A stretch of 64,000 bases of DNA, from assembly GCA_973895155.1 (NCBI GenBank), contig OZ316893.1, positions 4,260,490 through 4,324,489 on the forward strand. Direction: 5' to 3'. The notes below the pieces were generated by a model. That model ran no database searches and had not been told where the DNA came from. It worked only from the letters and a program-made list of their open reading frames with translations. The DNA comes from Marsupella aquatica (lineage: Eukaryota; Plantae; Marchantiophyta). Shown here in pieces: positions 10,411 to 20,682 of this stretch. Made by a program: the position numbers and the translations under genes. Within the stretch, counting starts at the first letter, position 1, and every line of letters begins with the position of its first letter.

Positions 10411-11897
10411 TGTCGTGGGGATTCTTTGTTTAGTAAGTTCCTCCTAAGTATAGCTTAGTAGTATAGGATAGTAGTTTAAATTCTCGCATATGCAGTCTAT
10501 AGTGTGCATGCTACAGTGCACAACCTACAGTGTGCATGCTACAGTACACGGTCTATAGTATGCATGCTATATTGTTCGATCTACAGTGTGCATGCTACAG
10601 TGCAAGACCTACAGTGTACAATCTACAGTGTGCATGCTACAATGTGCATGCTACAGTGTACGATCTACAGTGTGCATGCTACAGTGTACGATCTACAGTA
10701 TGCATGCTATAGTGTACGATCTACAGTGTGCATACTACAGTGTATTGTCTACAGTTGCTCCACTCACGTAACTACAGTACTAGCACACTTACTTGCCTTG
10801 GATGTGTGACACATGGCTTCCATCCGTGTGCCATGCTTGATCCGTGTGCTTGAGGTGTGAGCACTATAAATAAAGAGGAGAGGGGCTCTCTCCCCTCACT
10901 CCCCATTTTTCATCAACTAAGTTGTGAAGTCTTAAAAATCCATTGGACTTGATGATCTCTTCTATGAATATAACCCTTATGAAGTAGACCCATTCATGCA
11001 CTCTTGCTTAGAGCTTCGGCTCGGCCAGGGATATTTTGTATGAGTCGGACCTTCAGAAAGTGTTGTCATTTGATAGGAGATGGTTATTAAGTTCTAAAAG
11101 AGTTGGAAAGTGCTCAACAATGCCTTGACATCATATGCTCCCTTTTGGGTGAAATCCTTATGAAGTAGACTCACTCATGCACTCTTGCTTCGAGCTTCGG
11201 CTCGGCCAGAGGTATTTTGTATGAGTTGGACCTTCAGATAGTATTTTCATTCAAAAGAAGATCAACCTATTAAGATAAACATCTGCATGTATATACTTAG
11301 AGTTAACTCAATGCATGATATTTGTTTGAAATGGATGATCTTTTTGTTGAATGATTCTATCTCTTGTCATTAGAATGAAAATTAGTTGGATGGAATATTT
11401 GATAGTACAATAATGCCCAGACCAGTACCTATTCTTCCTCTCCCTAATCCTTTCCTTATTAGAATTCATGTACTCCAAAAAGAGATAATGCACCAGCATA
11501 TGACTTTTCACTTTGGAGAAGCATTTGCAACTGCGGTATTAAATTCAATAGAGCCAATTGTATACCCTTATGTAGTTTACGGGCAGGATTGGGCTTGCAC
11601 AATTTTTATCTTGTATTGAGATGGATCTCAACAAACCTCCCTCCGATGAGCCTCCCGTTTCTTTCTCGTTGGGAGATATTCGTTTTGTAACTCGACCCAA
11701 GGTAGCTGCCAAGGAGGCAATAGTCCGTAGGTATGGAGAAAAGGGTTATGATGTTGTGCTTTCATCCACGGAACCGTTCCTTGTGGTGTCTGCTACCCAG
11801 TCTAGAATAGTAATCATGATCTTAACTTAAGTTCTCTCTTGACACTAGCAGCCATAGGCCCGGTGCTTCCTCAAGAACCACATTTTTCCCCCAGACA
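10411..11897 (+). repeat. 5' LTR (1,487 bp) with internal 28-bp-type minisatellite (~10490-10755), TATA at ~10866 and a ~180-bp-spaced internal duplication
   Basis: Matches 17859-19373 apart from one 28-bp repeat unit and a few substitutions. Confidence 0.96.
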
Positions 11898-11900
11898 TAT

Positions 11901-11918
11901 TGGCGACCATACTGGGGA
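11901..11918 (+). promoter_or_regulatory. Primer-binding site, probably tRNA-Arg
   Basis: TGGCGACCATACTGGGGA 3 nt after the LTR end; resembles the Arg-type PBS TGGCGACTCCACTGGGGA. Confidence 0.7.
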
Positions 11919-11995
11919 AACTTGAGGCTAGTGTCAAAGATAAAAGGATATTGATGAGAGAAGAAGCTTGATAGAAAATAGAAGCAAAGGAGAAG

Positions 11996-14323
11996 TTGTT
12001 CACAATGGTAGGAGGAACTATGGAAGAGATGACTGAGATGTTTATGAGTTTGATGGAGGCCAAAGCACGAAGAGAGGCACCTGAGAACCAAAAGAAGGAG
12101 GAAGCAAGTCGTATGACCAAGTGCTTACAAGCCTTGTTAGCAAAGTTTGGGCAGTTCGACGGGAGAAGAGCAACGCGGTACTTGAAAGAGTATTGGACAG
12201 AGGTAGCCATCCACAAGATCAGTGAGAAGGTTGCCATTCATGAATTTGCATCATTGGTGGAATCAGAATTGAAAGACATCATCACCAAGATTGCGGAAGG
12301 AGCCAAAGAGGATTGGAAAACATTTGAAATGAGGGTGAGAGAGGAGTTTCGATTTGAAGATCCAGATCGAGTTACTGCAGCCACGTTCCTTGGTTGGGTA
12401 CAAGAGAAAAACAAGAAATTGGGACCTCAAGAATTATTGAGGGAATTCAATAGGCGCTACCATCAGCTATCTTCAAAGGATCTAACAATAATCAGTCTCA
12501 GAAGAGGGGGTCTTTTGATCCGTGCAGCTGATATACCTTTGAGGGTAGAGTTGGACAATGCTCTAGATGTTATTGCTCCAGATGCGGATGAAGTCACTTG
12601 GGAACAAGCAGAAGCTGCAATCCACAAGGTGACAAAGCAAAGGAGGAGAAGGGAGGTCAATCAAGAAGCGGAAGCTCCCATTCTAGACTTGAGAAAAGTC
12701 AGAGAAGAAAGCACTACTGATGGAGGAGAAAAAGAAGTCAAAAGCAGCATCACAGAAGGGGGCGACATAGCATCATTGACAGACATGATAGCAAAGCTTG
12801 CTCTTTCAATTCAAGCCTTGGAGAACAAAAACCCTGGTGGAACATCACTAGCAGCCTTGAATAAAAACTGGAATTGTTTGTGGTGTGATAGCAAGGAGCA
12901 TCACAGAAGGGATTGTGGAGAACTGACAGAAGCATTGCGACTTCGACATGTCAAGTTTGTGGAAGGGAAGATTGCATTTGTTGATTCTGGAGAGCCAATA
13001 CCAATGAATGTGAACCAAGGAGGAATGAAGCAGATTGTGGAACAGAGAATGAGAGAGAAAGTTTCTAGTGCTGCAGCGATGTATGGTGATCCTTCTGTCT
13101 TCAGTCTTCAAGTTAAGAAGGATCTGCCTTCCATAGAGCATCTTGATATTATTGAGAGGAAGAGACTTGCGGAAAGTATCAGGAGAAAATCCGGTTGGGA
13201 TGTGCCTGTGTTGATCAACTCTATCACTGCGGAAGTAGGAGCAGCATGGAATGCCGCTGTGGAAGATAAGAGGAGGTATGAAGGCACTTCTATGGAAGAA
13301 ACCCAAAGGAGAGAAAAACAACAGAGACCCGAAGCAGGACCTCGCTTCACACGTCAAGCCAAAGAGAAAGGAGTAAGATTTGAGGAGCCTGAAGCGTCCA
13401 CAAGCAAGAGTCAAGAAGAAATCTCCCATGGAAGCTCAATGGATACTGACACCCCAAAGAAAGGTGCTAAGAAGAGCCCAGGCTATTTGCTTACTAGAGA
13501 GGTGGAGCAAACTGTTGATCCAGAAGTGATTGCCGAGAAATTTTGGCAGCAAGAGGCTAGGGGGTTCACTAATGGAGAACTTTTTGGAAGTCTTCGTTTA
13601 GACTTACAAGGCAAGATCTTGGATAGGGCAAGAAGAAAAAGGGTTTACAAGGAGGGACCTCATGCACTAACTGCCAAGATTCTTAGCTATGACTATGAAG
13701 ATGATCTAGAAGATGAAGAAGAAGAAGAAGCATTGGAGGGAAATGTATTTTGTGCTACCATGAGTCACCATGAAGCAACTACAGGTATTCATGGCAATGT
13801 AGCCCTACATGAGGTGGATTTGCGGGAAACAATCCGACCATATTGGGCAAGAGCTTGCCCGGAGATTGAGGTGCAATTGCTTGGTGCTGAAGGAGGAATT
13901 CGGGCACTCCTAGACTCAGGATCTGAGTTGAATCTAATGTCTAAAGAGACATACCAAAAAGGGCATTGGAAGATTGATTGTGACATCAAATGGAATGTCA
14001 ATTCAGTGGGCACAAGGGCAAATCCCTTGTGGGGAGCATGTCCCGAGATCATGATCAAACTTGGGAATGTGGTAGAAGCTATCAATGTCTTTGTATTTGA
14101 AAAACTTCCATATCCTCTTATTCTTGGTGTTCCTTTCATCACGGAATTACGAGTAGAGACCATGGTACTTGACGATGGTACTCACATGGCAAAAGTGAAG
14201 AGCAAGGATGACTTGAAGAAGATTCAATTTCCCACACTTCGGCCAGTTAGTACAAGAGATCGTCGAGAATTAAGAACAGTGGAGGAGTACAAGTCCGATC
14301 AGAGTATGAAGGGTTTCGACTAG
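11996..14323 (+). CDS. gag: Gag-protease polyprotein
   Basis: Zn knuckle CLWCDSKEHHRRDC; aspartic protease ALLDSGSELNLM...ILGVPF. Confidence 0.92.
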   Translation: MFTMVGGTMEEMTEMFMSLMEAKARREAPENQKKEEASRMTKCLQALLAKFGQFDGRRATRYLKEYWTEVAIHKISEKVAIHEFASLVESELKDIITKIAEGAKEDWKTFEMRVREEFRFEDPDRVTAATFLGWVQEKNKKLGPQELLREFNRRYHQLSSKDLTIISLRRGGLLIRAADIPLRVELDNALDVIAPDADEVTWEQAEAAIHKVTKQRRRREVNQEAEAPILDLRKVREESTTDGGEKEVKSSITEGGDIASLTDMIAKLALSIQALENKNPGGTSLAALNKNWNCLWCDSKEHHRRDCGELTEALRLRHVKFVEGKIAFVDSGEPIPMNVNQGGMKQIVEQRMREKVSSAAAMYGDPSVFSLQVKKDLPSIEHLDIIERKRLAESIRRKSGWDVPVLINSITAEVGAAWNAAVEDKRRYEGTSMEETQRREKQQRPEAGPRFTRQAKEKGVRFEEPEASTSKSQEEISHGSSMDTDTPKKGAKKSPGYLLTREVEQTVDPEVIAEKFWQQEARGFTNGELFGSLRLDLQGKILDRARRKRVYKEGPHALTAKILSYDYEDDLEDEEEEEALEGNVFCATMSHHEATTGIHGNVALHEVDLRETIRPYWARACPEIEVQLLGAEGGIRALLDSGSELNLMSKETYQKGHWKIDCDIKWNVNSVGTRANPLWGACPEIMIKLGNVVEAINVFVFEKLPYPLILGVPFITELRVETMVLDDGTHMAKVKSKDDLKKIQFPTLRPVSTRDRRELRTVEEYKSDQSMKGFD

Positions 14324-14358
14324 GCGTCCCGCTAAGAGAAACGAGCAGGCAGGACGCC
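14311..14358 (+). promoter_or_regulatory. Candidate -1 programmed ribosomal frameshift signal
   Basis: Slippery heptamer G GGT TTC (14311-14317) in the gag frame; stem GGCGTCC (14323-14329)/GGACGCC (14352-14358); the -1 frame is open into pol. Confidence 0.8.
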
Positions 14359-17300
14359 AAGCCTTTAGTCTCGTCTATGGAGGTTCATTCCTCTTTTGTT
14401 GGTGTGAGTAGGACTAGTGAAGTGAGCTATTTTCATAAAGGTGGTGTGAAGAGGCGAGCTCAGAAGATGTTGGAAAAGAAAGAAAAAGATTTGTTCACAT
14501 TAGGAGTGTTGAAGGTTGAAGAGAGAATAGAAGGAGTACTAGAGGAAAGGGGATTACCACCCTCTCTTCAAGAGATTATTGGAGACATTGAGGAAGAAAA
14601 TGGAGAAGTGGAGGTGGAAAGTGATGTGTATGGTTACATTGAGCGCTTTGCAGAAGTACACACAAAGTACAAAACAGTGGACAAGAAGGTGCGACCTGCA
14701 GCAGTTCCCTTGCCATCTGAGGGTAAGGAAATATTGAGGCGAGCAAAGGAGGAGCCCAGTCTTAGAGATCATACTAAGATTGGGCATAAATTCACTGAGG
14801 AGACGTTGCTCAAATTAAAGATTGGTGATAAGGGTTTACTAGAGGAAGAGAGAAGAGCCTTCAAGGAGATGATCATCAAACATGAAAAGGCCTTTTCCTT
14901 TTCCATTGAAGAGATTGGATGTGCTGATCCAAGGGAGATCACACCAATGGTAATCTTCACTGTTCCACATGTTCCTTGGGACCTTAAGCCAATTCCTGTG
15001 CCACGAGCACTGATGCCTAAATTGGTGGAGTTACTCAAGGAGAAGTTAGATGCCAAAATCCTTGAGAGATCAAACGCTCCGTACTCAAATCGGTGGTTCA
15101 CGGTGAGAAAGAAGAATGGGAAGCTAAGGTTCATTCAAGACATGCAGCCACCAAACAAGGTCACCATAAGGAATGTGGGCACAGGACCTGTGGTGGATGA
15201 GTTTGCTGAGGAGTTTGCTGGGAGAGCAATCTACTCCATTGGCGACTTATACTCAGGGTATGATCAGTTTCAGCTTGCCCAAGATAGCAGAGACATTACT
15301 ACTATGAGAACGCCACTAGGGTTGTTGAGAATGTGCACCCTTCCTCAAGGTGCAACTAACTCAGTGGCCCATATACAAAATGCCATGAATAGGATTTTGC
15401 AACCGTTTGTTCCAGAGAAGACTAGACCTTTTCTTGATGACATCCCCATAAAAGGGTGTTTGTACAAGGAGAGGGATCAAACACTTAGAGGAGATGGTCT
15501 AAGACAGTTTGTGTGGGAGCACTTACAAGATGTGGGAGCTATTCTACAAAGACTCAAGGAAGTAGGAGTAACTCTATCTGGAGAGAAGTCAGCTTTTGGG
15601 TTACAAGAGATCATGGTAGTAGGGCAAGTTTGTGGCCCTTATGGAAGAAGACCATGTGAAGCAAAAGTGGATGCCATCAAGGATATGGAGAACTGCATAA
15701 CTACCTCAGAGGTAAGGAGATTTCTTGGGGCCTGCATCTTCTACAGGATATGGATACCACATTTTGCTCACATTGCAGAACCTCTCTATGATCTTCTAAG
15801 GAAGAATGTGAGGTTTGTATGGAGTGCAGGCCATACAAAGGCTATGCAACAATTGAAAGAAGCTTTGACTAGCTCACCGGTATTACGACCTCTGAAGTAC
15901 AATGGTATTGACCCAATAATTGTGCCCATTGACTCAAGTCCTCACGCATCTGGATGGGCAGTTGGGCAAGATGAGGAAGGACAAAGGTTTGCCGCACGGT
16001 TTGGGGCAAAAATATTTACAGAAAGACAGAGGCATTATCCTCAAGTAAAACGAGAGTTGTGGGGTGCAAAGGTAGCACTTCGCCAAGAAAGAGACTATTT
16101 GATAGGAGCAAATGTAATACTGGAGACAGATTGCCTACCCTTGTTGGGAATGATAGCCAATTGTGATACTCCAGATATTGCAATGCTTCGATGGATAGCA
16201 TTCATCAGAATGTTTAATCCTGAGTTAAAGCACATTGCTGGGAGAGATAATCCAGTAGCTGATATGCTTTCCCGAGCTCGCTATAGGGACGAGGAAGACC
16301 AAGGAATGTGCCTTCATAGTACATATGGAGAAGATGAAGGGGAATTGAGGTTTGAAGAGGAAGCTTATTCTGGGGAATTGTTACAGATAGGACGTTACCT
16401 TGCCACGTTGCAGAAAGATTCAACATGGAGTAAGCAAGACTTCAACAAAATTCGGAAGAAGTCTTACCAATTCATGGTAAGAGGTGGATCCCTTTGGAAG
16501 CATCCAAAGAAGAAGGGGCACATACTTCTAAGGGTCATTGGTAGAGATGAAGAGAAACAAAAAATTTTACATGACTTACATGATTCCGACGTGGCAGGAC
16601 ATAAGGGGCGAGAAGCTACTTATGAAAGGATTCGAAGACTATATTGGTGGTCAGGAATGTATGTAGATGTAAGCAAGTATGTGGAAACTTGCAAAGTGTG
16701 TCAACTCTACTCGAAGGTGAAGCATAGAGATGGACTAAAACCCACGTACCCTCTTTCCCTACACTACCAATGGGCTGTAGATGTGGTACACATGCCGAGA
16801 GGAGTAAGAGGAGCCAAGTACCTTGTCTTGGCTATTGAGGACCTCTCCTCTTACATTGAAGGTAGAGCCTTGACAACAAATAAGACCGAGGCAATATGCA
16901 GATTTGTATTGGAGAACATCATTGCAAGGTATGGATGCTTTGATCGCATGAGGGCAGATAGAGGGGAGCTCAATGCAGAGGAAGCGGTTGCATTTTTCAG
17001 GAAGTTTAGGGTGAATCTCAAATTGACAACTGCTTACAATCCTGAAGGTAATGGCAAGAGTGAGAGGGGACACCAACCAATTGTGAATGCCTTGATTAAG
17101 GCATGCAAGGGAAGAACCTCACTTTGGCCAAATTTCCTTCCCCTAGCACTCATGGCACACAGAACAACTTGCACATCGGTAACAGGATATGCACCTTCAG
17201 AGTTGATCAATGGTCAACTTCCACTTATGCCAATAGAAGAAGACATTAATAGTTGGAGGGCAATAGAGTGGGAGGATGGTGTATCTCAAGAGGATTTGAT

Positions 17301-17736
17301 TCTTCGTCGCATAGAGCAATTTGATCACACTCCTACAAAGATCCAAGGCGCCATTAAACAATTGAAGCAAAAGAGAATGGCTAACAAATCCCGCTTTGAC
17401 AAGACCCATCGATTGAGACCCAAGACAATCCAAGAAGAGGATTGGGTCTTAGTTTCTGAAGGCGGACTCGGACAAGATCACTCCTCGATCAAGAAATTTG
17501 CACAACGTTGGAGGGGCCCATTTGTAGTAGTTACTACTCACCCAAATTCCACTTACACTCTCCGTGAATTGGATGGAGCAATTCATCGTGTGCCTTATGC
17601 AGGAAAAAGAGTGAAAATATTCAAAAGGCGAACACGTTTTTTAGAGGAAGATCCCATCGATTCAGACCAAGAAGAGGAAGAAGAAGAAGAAGATGAAGAA
17701 CCTGAAAAGCAAGAGGAAGAAATATTCATTGAGTAA
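14311..17736 (+). CDS. pol: Pol (RT, RNase H, integrase), -1 frame relative to gag
   Basis: RT DLYSGY / LPQGATNS / PFLDD; RNase H IDSS, ETDCLPL; integrase HHCC, DVVHM, ADRGE, KSERG; GPF motif and acidic tail; no chromodomain. Confidence 0.95.
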   Translation, partial: GFRLGVPLRETSRQDAKPLVSSMEVHSSFVGVSRTSEVSYFHKGGVKRRAQKMLEKKEKDLFTLGVLKVEERIEGVLEERGLPPSLQEIIGDIEEENGEVEVESDVYGYIERFAEVHTKYKTVDKKVRPAAVPLPSEGKEILRRAKEEPSLRDHTKIGHKFTEETLLKLKIGDKGLLEEERRAFKEMIIKHEKAFSFSIEEIGCADPREITPMVIFTVPHVPWDLKPIPVPRALMPKLVELLKEKLDAKILERSNAPYSNRWFTVRKKNGKLRFIQDMQPPNKVTIRNVGTGPVVDEFAEEFAGRAIYSIGDLYSGYDQFQLAQDSRDITTMRTPLGLLRMCTLPQGATNSVAHIQNAMNRILQPFVPEKTRPFLDDIPIKGCLYKERDQTLRGDGLRQFVWEHLQDVGAILQRLKEVGVTLSGEKSAFGLQEIMVVGQVCGPYGRRPCEAKVDAIKDMENCITTSEVRRFLGACIFYRIWIPHFAHIAEPLYDLLRKNVRFVWSAGHTKAMQQLKEALTSSPVLRPLKYNGIDPIIVPIDSSPHASGWAVGQDEEGQRFAARFGAKIFTERQRHYPQVKRELWGAKVALRQERDYLIGANVILETDCLPLLGMIANCDTPDIAMLRWIAFIRMFNPELKHIAGRDNPVADMLSRARYRDEEDQGMCLHSTYGEDEGELRFEEEAYSGELLQIGRYLATLQKDSTWSKQDFNKIRKKSYQFMVRGGSLWKHPKKKGHILLRVIGRDEEKQKILHDLHDSDVAGHKGREATYERIRRLYWWSGMYVDVSKYVETCKVCQLYSKVKHRDGLKPTYPLSLHYQWAVDVVHMPRGVRGAKYLVLAIEDLSSYIEGRALTTNKTEAICRFVLENIIARYGCFDRMRADRGELNAEEAVAFFRKFRVNLKLTTAYNPEGNGKSERGHQPIVNALIKACKGRTSLWPNFLPLALMAHRTTCTSVTGYAPSELINGQLPLMPIEEDINSWRAIEWEDGVSQEDLILRRIEQFDHTPTKIQGAIKQLKQKRMANKSRFDKTHRLRPKTIQEEDWVLVSEGGLGQDHSSIKKFAQRWRGPFVVVTTHPNSTYTLRELDGAIHRVPYAGKRVKIFKRRTRFLEEDPIDSDQEEEEEEEDEEPEKQEEEIFIE

Positions 17737-17743
17737 AGTAAGA

Positions 17744-17858
17744 GATTAGTAGGGGTGACTATTAAGTGTGGTGCAGACTACAAGATGCACAAGATTAGTA
17801 GAGGTGACTATTAAGTGTGGTGCAGACCGGAGGCTGCACAGGTTTAGTAGGGGTGATA
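17744..17858 (+). repeat. Polypurine-tract region present as ~2.5 tandem copies
   Basis: AGATTAGTAG(G/A)GGTGACTATTAAGTGTGGTGCAGAC twice, then TTAGTAGGGGTGATA abutting the 3' LTR. Confidence 0.75.
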
Positions 17859-19373
17859 TGTCGTGGGGATTCTTTGTTTAGTAAGTTCCTCCTAAGTATA
17901 GCTTAGTAGTATAGGATAGTAGTTTAAATTCTCGCATATGCAGTCTATAGTGTGCATGCTACAGTGCACAACCTACAGTGTGCATGCTACAGTACACGGT
18001 CTATAGTATGCATGCTATATTGTTCGATCTACAGTGTGCATGCTACAGTGCAAGACCTACAGTGTACAATCTACAGTGTGCATGCTACAATGTACATGCT
18101 ACAGTGTACGATCTACAGTGTGCATGCTACAGTGTACAATCTACAGTGTGCATGTTACAGTGTACGATCTACAGTATGCATGCTATAGTGTACGATCTAC
18201 AGTGTGCATACTACAGTGTATTGTCTACAGTTGCTCCACTCACGTAACTACAGTACTAGCACACTTACTTGCCTTGGATGTGTGACACATGGCTTCCATC
18301 CGTGTGCCATGCTTGATCCGTGTGCTTGAGGTGTGAGCACTATAAATAAAGAGGAGAGGGGCTCTCTCCCCTCACTCCCCATTTTTCATCAACTAAGTTG
18401 TGAAGTCTTAAAAATCCATTGGACTTGATGATCTCTTCTATGAATATAACCCTTATGAAGTAGACCCACTCATGCACTCTTGCTTAGAGCTTCGGCTCGG
18501 CCAGGGATATTTTGTATGAGTCGGACCTTCAGAAAGTGTTGTCATTTGATAGGAGATGGTTATTAAGTTCTAAAAGAGTTGGAAAGTGCTCAACAATGCC
18601 TTGACATCATATGCTCCCTTTTGGGTGAAATCCTTATGAAGTAGACTCACTCATGCACTCTTGCTTCGAGCTTCGGCTCGGCCAGAGGTATTTTGTATGA
18701 GTTGGACCTTCAGATAGTATTTTCATTCAAAAGAAGATCAACCTATTAAGATAAACATCTGCATGTATATACTTAGAGTTAACTCAATGCATGATATTTG
18801 TTTGAAATGGATGATCTTTTTGTTGAATGATTCTATCTCTTGTCATTAGAATGAAAATTAGTTGGATGGAATATTTGATAGTACAATAATGCCCAGACCA
18901 GTACCTATTCTTCCTCTCCCTAATCCTTTCCTTATTAGAATTCATGTACTCCAAAAAGAGATAATGCACCAGCATATGACTTTTCACTTTGAAGAAGCAT
19001 TTGCAACTGCGGTATTAAATTCAATAGAGCCAATTGTATACCCTTATGTAGTTTACGGGCAGGATTGGGCTTGCACAATTTTTATCTTGTATTGAGATGG
19101 ATCTCAACAAACCTCCCTCCGATGAGCCTCCCGTTTCTTTCTCGTTGGGAGATATTCGTTTTGTAACTCGACCCAAGGTAGCTGCCAAGGAGGCAATAGT
19201 CCGTAGGTATGGAGAAAAGGGTTATGATGTTGTGCTTTCATCCACGGAACCGTTCCTTGTGGTGTCTGCTACCCAGTCTAGAATAGTAATCATGATCTTA
19301 ACTTAAGTTCTCTCTTGACACTAGCAGCCATAGACCCGGTGCTTCCTCAAGAACCACATTTTTCCCCCAGACA
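17859..19373 (+). repeat. 3' LTR (1,515 bp)
   Basis: Copy of 10411-11897 with one extra 28-bp unit. Confidence 0.96.
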
Positions 19374-19464
19374 GCGCTCCATCATCATTTGACGATGAGA
19401 TTTTTGATTCATGTCAAAGGACTGCAGCATAATATGGAAAAGATTAAGAACAAGAACCTATCCA

Positions 19465-20027
19465 TTAAGAACTAGGACCACTGAGATTCTGAGAAAATCT
19501 ATTAAACCTTTCGATTAGGACATCTCGTTGTTCCTCATCTAAATTGTTATATTTGTTCGTAAACAATGCGATTTTGTCAGAAGTAGTAGTCCCAAGAACA
19601 TATATTTCTGGAAGCATAGAAATATCCTGTCGAATAACTCGACAGACTGAGTCAAACTCCAACTCGTCAGTTTTGGGTATGTTGTAAAGAGCATCATTTG
19701 CGACATCGACAATCCGGTTTGCTTGTTTGAGGATAGCCCATAACCTTGTATTTGTAACTAAAAAGTTCCACTTCTTGCTACAAGCTCCAAGCCGAATAAG
19801 ATCTCGGACCCTATCGATAACCAAATCATTATCGAGGTGTCGATATCCACGCAATCTTTCAATTGAAATAAAGTGTTCGTAGAGTATTGGCCAAATGTTT
19901 GAAATGACCAAACATCTGGTATTCCTTCAATGAGACTAGAGGTTTCATCCAGCGTATCCCATATTGTTTTCTGTTTCTTTTCATGAGATGAAAGGAAATC
20001 TCGAGCCTCATTCAAAAGTTGGCTCAT
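19465..20027 (-). pseudogene. F-box-like paralogue B (1-bp frameshift near 19912)
   Basis: SLIEGIPDV / VISNIWP...GACSKKW; ATG directly after acceptor aaagcag|g. Confidence 0.7.
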
Positions 20028-20092
20028 CCTGCTTTTATCATATCACAAAACATTGTTAGAAGACATACGATGCGCTTGGTCACGTAAGTTAA

Positions 20093-20674
20093 CTAGAATT
20101 CCTTAAAAGCGTAGATGTCACCCTCAAGGTATCCAACTTCGTGGCATCTGACTGTAAATTTCCATTTTTCAAGAGGGTGAAGAGCATCGTAAGTCTTCGC
20201 GAAGAGTTCCCTAAGATCTCTGGACATTGACCCCATGAATTTAATTCTTGGGTATTTCTGGAAGAAACTTTGAATTGTTGATGAGAGAGACTCATTTCCG
20301 ATCGGTTTAGTAGGATTTCCTGGGAAAGCCAAATCTAATAAACTCAACTTGATTACACCCAGAAGATAGGTATTCCCAACAAGGTGGCGCCATCTGCGAC
20401 ACACCGAAGATAGTCCTACAAACTCATCCAATTCCTTTATTGAGAAATTTCCTGCATTAGCCGAGGAATTAAAAGTCTCCTTGGTCCGAGGCCATATCAA
20501 TTCCACGACAATGAAATCTGGAAGTCCAGGTAGTAGTGTTTCAACAAATACAGAATATCCCGCCAGTAGACCATCTTGGCTTCTGTCCAAAACGTCAAAT
20601 ATTGGGCATAGATATCTGAAGCTCTCCAGACAAGGTTCGCCCATGACTCTTTTCAGCCAAATGATATATCCCAA
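20093..20674 (-). CDS. F-box-like paralogue C
   Basis: LLPGLPDFIVVELIWP...SSVCRRWRHLV; C-terminus aligns with A and B; true start uncertain. Confidence 0.7.
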   Translation of the reverse strand: MGYIIWLKRVMGEPCLESFRYLCPIFDVLDRSQDGLLAGYSVFVETLLPGLPDFIVVELIWPRTKETFNSSANAGNFSIKELDEFVGLSSVCRRWRHLVGNTYLLGVIKLSLLDLAFPGNPTKPIGNESLSSTIQSFFQKYPRIKFMGSMSRDLRELFAKTYDALHPLEKWKFTVRCHEVGYLEGDIYAFKEF

Positions 20675-20682
20675 AGATTATT

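Larger units (their letters stand above)
10411..19373 (+). mobile_element. Full-length, recently inserted Ty3/gypsy LTR retrotransposon (8,963 bp)
   Basis: Near-identical LTRs with TGTC...GACA termini, 4-bp TSD GCGC (10407-10410, 19374-19377), PBS, PPT, uninterrupted gag-PR and RT-RH-INT ORFs. Confidence 0.97.

Noticed and set aside
10504-10809. Cys/Tyr-rich ORFs (also 17952-18285)
   Set aside because: Translations of the LTR minisatellite in all frames.
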